A DNA stretch of 18,835 nt, from contig JBBCAV010000102.1 in the NCBI GenBank assembly GCA_051382305.1, forward strand, positions 1-18,835. The letters are read 5' to 3'. Under the pieces are notes generated by a model. That model saw only the letters and a list, made by a program, of their open reading frames with translations. It was not told the origin of the DNA and did not search any database. Shown piece after piece: positions 15,396 to 18,835 of the stretch. The stretch is from Bdellovibrionota bacterium FG-2. GTDB taxonomy: Bacteria > Bdellovibrionota > UBA1018. Positions within the stretch are counted from its first letter, which is position 1. Each line of letters starts with the position of its first letter. The translations under genes were made by a program, and so were the position numbers.

Positions 15396-17417
15396 CTAAA
15401 ACAACTTCTGCGCCTCATTAATTCTCGTCAACGTCGTAATCGCATCAAGCCCAATAGTGTCGCAATACCACACAAACGATTCAACCCGTGGCGCATTGCC
15501 GGTCTCGGCCTGTTTCAAGCCCTCTTCACGGGTGATGACTCCTTCACGAATTTGATTGCTGCGAAACGTGTCTTGCTCCGTAAAACCAGCCATCGTGTAG
15601 TAGATATAGTTATAGAAGGCGGCCGTGCCATCTCCAATTCGCCAAGAGGATTTTGTGTCTGTCGCGAGTTCCCAGTCGTATTGCCCTAAAAGAGTTTCTT
15701 CGACATCGCGCTCTTCCCAAAGTGTATAGCGGAACAAGTAGACGTACTCTTTAGGGACAACATATGAAGAGAGATAGGCCGTAAAGGTGTCAAAAAGCGA
15801 AGCATTCAAATAGGCGGGATTCGTAAGGTATTGTACGCCATAATACTTGATGAGTTTAAGCGAGTTGAATCGTCCGATGTCATAGGCCTTGCCAACTTTT
15901 GAATCAAGCTCGACGTTTGCAAAACCATATTTGAAATCCGTTTTTTCAAGGGCATTGTCGGCATAAATCACAAGCTTAATGCCGGTGTTTTCCCGTACTT
16001 TATTGAGGTAATAGAAATACTGTTTATCCCCCGCCATGAAAAGTGGGATCATCCCAAGCGCGGGTCTTTTGAGCCAAGCAAGAATGTTTTTTTGAATGTA
16101 ACTTCGCTTCTTCTGAATGTCCGCAGATACCAGGATGTGCTCGACCCCAAGATCGCCAGTCATGCGGGCCTGATTGCGGCGGCCTAAATCGGTGAGCATG
16201 CCCCAATCATAGGAGAAGGCGACGGGCTGGAGGCCAAGGACCTTTTTGGCGTAGTGAAGCGCGTAACTGCTGTCGCGCCCACCACTAAAAGAAACAATGC
16301 AATCCGGCTCGCCCGATTTTTTTCGGTAAGGCGCGATGGCTTTTTCAAGGGACTCTAATCCCTGCGTTTCGCGGGGTTGATGGCGATAGCAGTAGCTGCA
16401 CACGCCTTTTTCATCAAAATGTATAAACGGCATGGTTTCAGGAAGAATGCATTTTGTGCATCTTCTGAGGGCACCGATCACGGGTTTGATGGCAGCGTAT
16501 TCATCCAGCGCGACCTTCTCGATCTCCTTAAAGCGCGGAACGTTGATATGCACCCGTGGAATATAATCTTCGGATCGATCGTCCAGCAGCCGGATTTTCC
16601 GCGAGCAGGTGATTTCAGGCAGTGGAGGTGCCGACGCGTCTGGCTCCGTAAGGGAAAATTCAAATTTCGCAAAATCTTTGAACGAAAGCAGCATCCCCTG
16701 TCCGGGTTTCAATTGCCGGATTTTGAGGTGAGATCGGTGAGCGGGCAGAATTTTTTCCAGCGCGCGATCGACGAACAAAAATTCTGAGGCAAAGGCGAGG
16801 AATCCTCCTCTGGAATCTTCCAGTAGGTAGAGGCTCCCGGTATTGGTCGCTAAAAAGAGCGCGTCGAGATCCTCGAAGAGGGTTGCAATGGAGAAGGACC
16901 CTTTTAGGTCGCAAAGGGCGGTCCGAAAAGCCTCTATTATCGCTTGAGGATTTTTACTTGGAGCTTTGGAGAGTTCGCGTCTCAGCAGTGAGTTGATCAC
17001 TTCGGTATCTACATCGAGCTCTCTTTTGAGGTCGGTGTTTCGGGCCCAAAGTTCGGCGTCATTGACGATGATTCCGTTATGAATGGTTGCGCAGCCGTCT
17101 TTAATGACCGGCTGGTTGTTATAGCTTAAGCGAAACGAACCATTGGTCTCCATTCGGGAGTGACCCATGGCGATAAATCCGGAACTTTGCCCTTTTTGAG
17201 CTTTCAGAAGTTCGCGGGTCGCTTCCTGCGTGAGAAGGAGGTGTGCAGTGACAGATTTCTTTAAGACGAGGATCTCGTTTCCGTCAATAGTCGCAAGCCC
17301 TGAGGAATCTTTGCCTCTTGATTGCGACTCCAAAAGTAAAAACTCCAGCGTGTTTTTACACTTTTCTAAGTCAATTTGAGATGTTACACTCTTGAGCACT
17401 CCAGCAATTCCGCACAT
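15396..17417 (-). CDS. Fusion of class-II (Ntn) glutamine amidotransferase and N-acetyl-sugar amidotransferase (WbpG-like PP-loop) domains
   Basis: N-terminal MCGIAG, RGKDSSG, GHSRMETNG, HNGIIVN, DTEV; C-terminal CTKCILP...CSYC, SGGRDS PP-loop, SNQIREGVITREE. Confidence 0.85.
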   Translation of the reverse strand: MCGIAGVLKSVTSQIDLEKCKNTLEFLLLESQSRGKDSSGLATIDGNEILVLKKSVTAHLLLTQEATRELLKAQKGQSSGFIAMGHSRMETNGSFRLSYNNQPVIKDGCATIHNGIIVNDAELWARNTDLKRELDVDTEVINSLLRRELSKAPSKNPQAIIEAFRTALCDLKGSFSIATLFEDLDALFLATNTGSLYLLEDSRGGFLAFASEFLFVDRALEKILPAHRSHLKIRQLKPGQGMLLSFKDFAKFEFSLTEPDASAPPLPEITCSRKIRLLDDRSEDYIPRVHINVPRFKEIEKVALDEYAAIKPVIGALRRCTKCILPETMPFIHFDEKGVCSYCYRHQPRETQGLESLEKAIAPYRKKSGEPDCIVSFSGGRDSSYALHYAKKVLGLQPVAFSYDWGMLTDLGRRNQARMTGDLGVEHILVSADIQKKRSYIQKNILAWLKRPALGMIPLFMAGDKQYFYYLNKVRENTGIKLVIYADNALEKTDFKYGFANVELDSKVGKAYDIGRFNSLKLIKYYGVQYLTNPAYLNASLFDTFTAYLSSYVVPKEYVYLFRYTLWEERDVEETLLGQYDWELATDTKSSWRIGDGTAAFYNYIYYTMAGFTEQDTFRSNQIREGVITREEGLKQAETGNAPRVESFVWYCDTIGLDAITTLTRINEAQKLF

Positions 17418-17466
17418 AGACCTGAGATTATCGAAAGGTTTGATGCGATTGCAAATGAAAAAAAAT

Positions 17467-18573
17467 ATGCTTTTGGGAAAGACTATAGCCGTTGTTGTTT
17501 CAGCCTATAACGAAGAAACCCAGATCCGGGACGTTTTGGAGTCCCTGCCTGAGTTCGTCGATCGAATTGTGGTGGTTAATGACCACTCTACCGATCGAAC
17601 GGCTGAGGTCGTCGCGGAGGTTATAAAGGACCTAATCAAAGGGGGAGATGGAGCGCCCCTTTCGACTCGTATCTCGGCTCTGAAAAAAAATCGGTATAAT
17701 GCTGCCGAATTCATGAAATTTGCTATCTATGCGGAAGAAGCCAAACAGCTTGTGCCTCATGAAATTGTAAACAAGACGCCTGAGACGGATCGAGTTATTT
17801 TGATCAATCACCTCGTAAACGGCGGTAAAGGCGGGGCGGTCGCGACGGGATACCACTGGTGTCGGGAGTATGGGATTGATTGCACGGTGACCATCGACGG
17901 TGACGGGCAGATGGATCCCTTTGAGATGGAAAAGATTTGCAGGCCGGTCGTGGATTTGAACATTGATTTTGTGAAAGGCAACCGCTTGGCTCATCGGGCG
18001 GCGTCTACGGCGATTCCTTTTATTAGATATTTTGGAAATTCCGTCTTGTCGATTCTAACAAAAATGGCTTCGGGCTACTGGACGGTTTCGGATACGCAGA
18101 CCGGCTACACGGCGATCTCGCTGCGGGCTCTTGATACCCTGAAGCTGCATAAACTCTATCGGCGGTATGGGGTTCCCAATGACATCTTGGTCAAGCTCAA
18201 TATCGCAAGTTGCAGCATTCGCGAAGTGGAGATCAAGCCGGTATATGGGGTTGGCGAGCAGTCTAAGATGAAAATTGGCAAGGTCGCTCCTCGCATCAGC
18301 CTTCTCTTGCTCAAGAGTTTCTTTATCCGGCTGTGGACAAAGTATTTTTTGAAGAGTTTTCACCCCCTATTTTTGCTCTATCACTTGGCTTTTTTTCTTA
18401 TTTTGGTCGCCGTCCCCGGGTTGATTGATGTGATTTATTACGTCTTTATTCGGGGTGGAAAACTGCCGGTGGGAAACTATATCGCTTTTGTCTTTGTCGC
18501 AATCTTGGCCTTTCAGAGTCTGTTTTTTGCGATGTGGATGGATATTCAAGATAATTCAAATCTGGTGAAGTGA
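17467..18573 (+). CDS. Glycosyltransferase family 2 (DPM1-like) with two C-terminal TM helices
   Basis: IAVVVSAYNEE, VVNDHSTDRT, NGGKGGAV, IDGDGQMDP, KGNRL, DTQTGY; start at ATG 17467 or 17455. Confidence 0.88.
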   Translation: MLLGKTIAVVVSAYNEETQIRDVLESLPEFVDRIVVVNDHSTDRTAEVVAEVIKDLIKGGDGAPLSTRISALKKNRYNAAEFMKFAIYAEEAKQLVPHEIVNKTPETDRVILINHLVNGGKGGAVATGYHWCREYGIDCTVTIDGDGQMDPFEMEKICRPVVDLNIDFVKGNRLAHRAASTAIPFIRYFGNSVLSILTKMASGYWTVSDTQTGYTAISLRALDTLKLHKLYRRYGVPNDILVKLNIASCSIREVEIKPVYGVGEQSKMKIGKVAPRISLLLLKSFFIRLWTKYFLKSFHPLFLLYHLAFFLILVAVPGLIDVIYYVFIRGGKLPVGNYIAFVFVAILAFQSLFFAMWMDIQDNSNLVK

Positions 18574-18835
18574 TGGCTCAGCCTTTTCGTGTTCAGGTTG
18601 TCTATCGAAACTATATTCCCCTGAATAGTCCCTATAGTTCTTTTTGGAATAATCCGCCCGAGGGCGTTGAGTTTTTGATTCCCAAGGCGAAACCGTATCT
18701 CCAGAAATTCTTTTGGATCTACCGTTCGTTTGGGAAATTGCCGGGTGTTCGCTGGGCCGTTAAGAAGGCGAATCAGATATTTTTTGAAACGCCTGGCGGG
18801 GGCGGGGCTGCGGCGAAGTTTGATTGTCTTTTTTA
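18573..18835 (+). CDS. 5' part of a CDS running off the window; probably another glycan-locus gene (possibly a glycosyltransferase)
   Basis: TGATG overlap with the GT2 stop; open frame MAQPFRVQVVYRNYIPLNSPYSSFWNNPPEGVEF... to the window end. Confidence 0.7.
   Translation, partial: MAQPFRVQVVYRNYIPLNSPYSSFWNNPPEGVEFLIPKAKPYLQKFFWIYRSFGKLPGVRWAVKKANQIFFETPGGGGAAAKFDCLF

Noticed and set aside
17392-17454. Extension of the GT2 ORF to 17392
   Set aside because: Overlaps the amidotransferase start on the opposite strand; GT2 motifs start after 17467
815-18549. Numerous 60-140 aa ORFs nested in or antisense to the called genes
   Set aside because: They overlap well-supported CDSs and show no motifs; treated as shadow ORFs

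Overview
Bacterial surface-polysaccharide locus; the gene types suggest Bdellovibrionota/Oligoflexia, which is an inference. The left arm holds a vapBC-like toxin-antitoxin pair, a WbdD-like methyltransferase with a coiled coil, divergent rfbG-like/rfbF genes, a wbpA-like dehydrogenase, a UDP-GlcNAc 2-epimerase and a flippase-like membrane protein. The right arm holds a GATase-II/amidotransferase fusion, a GT2 and a partial CDS. A ~7.3 kb non-glycan block (8047-15395) separates the arms. It contains a standalone HNH endonuclease gene with a candidate structured RNA beside it, and a five-gene minus-strand operon whose genes all overlap: 72-aa peptide, radical SAM enzyme, GNAT-like protein, orphan family-5 solute-binding protein, membrane hybrid histidine kinase. 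This operon is the best candidate for an undescribed system: a radical-SAM-modified peptide signal encoded with its own receptor. All functions are assigned by eye from motifs; no searches were run.
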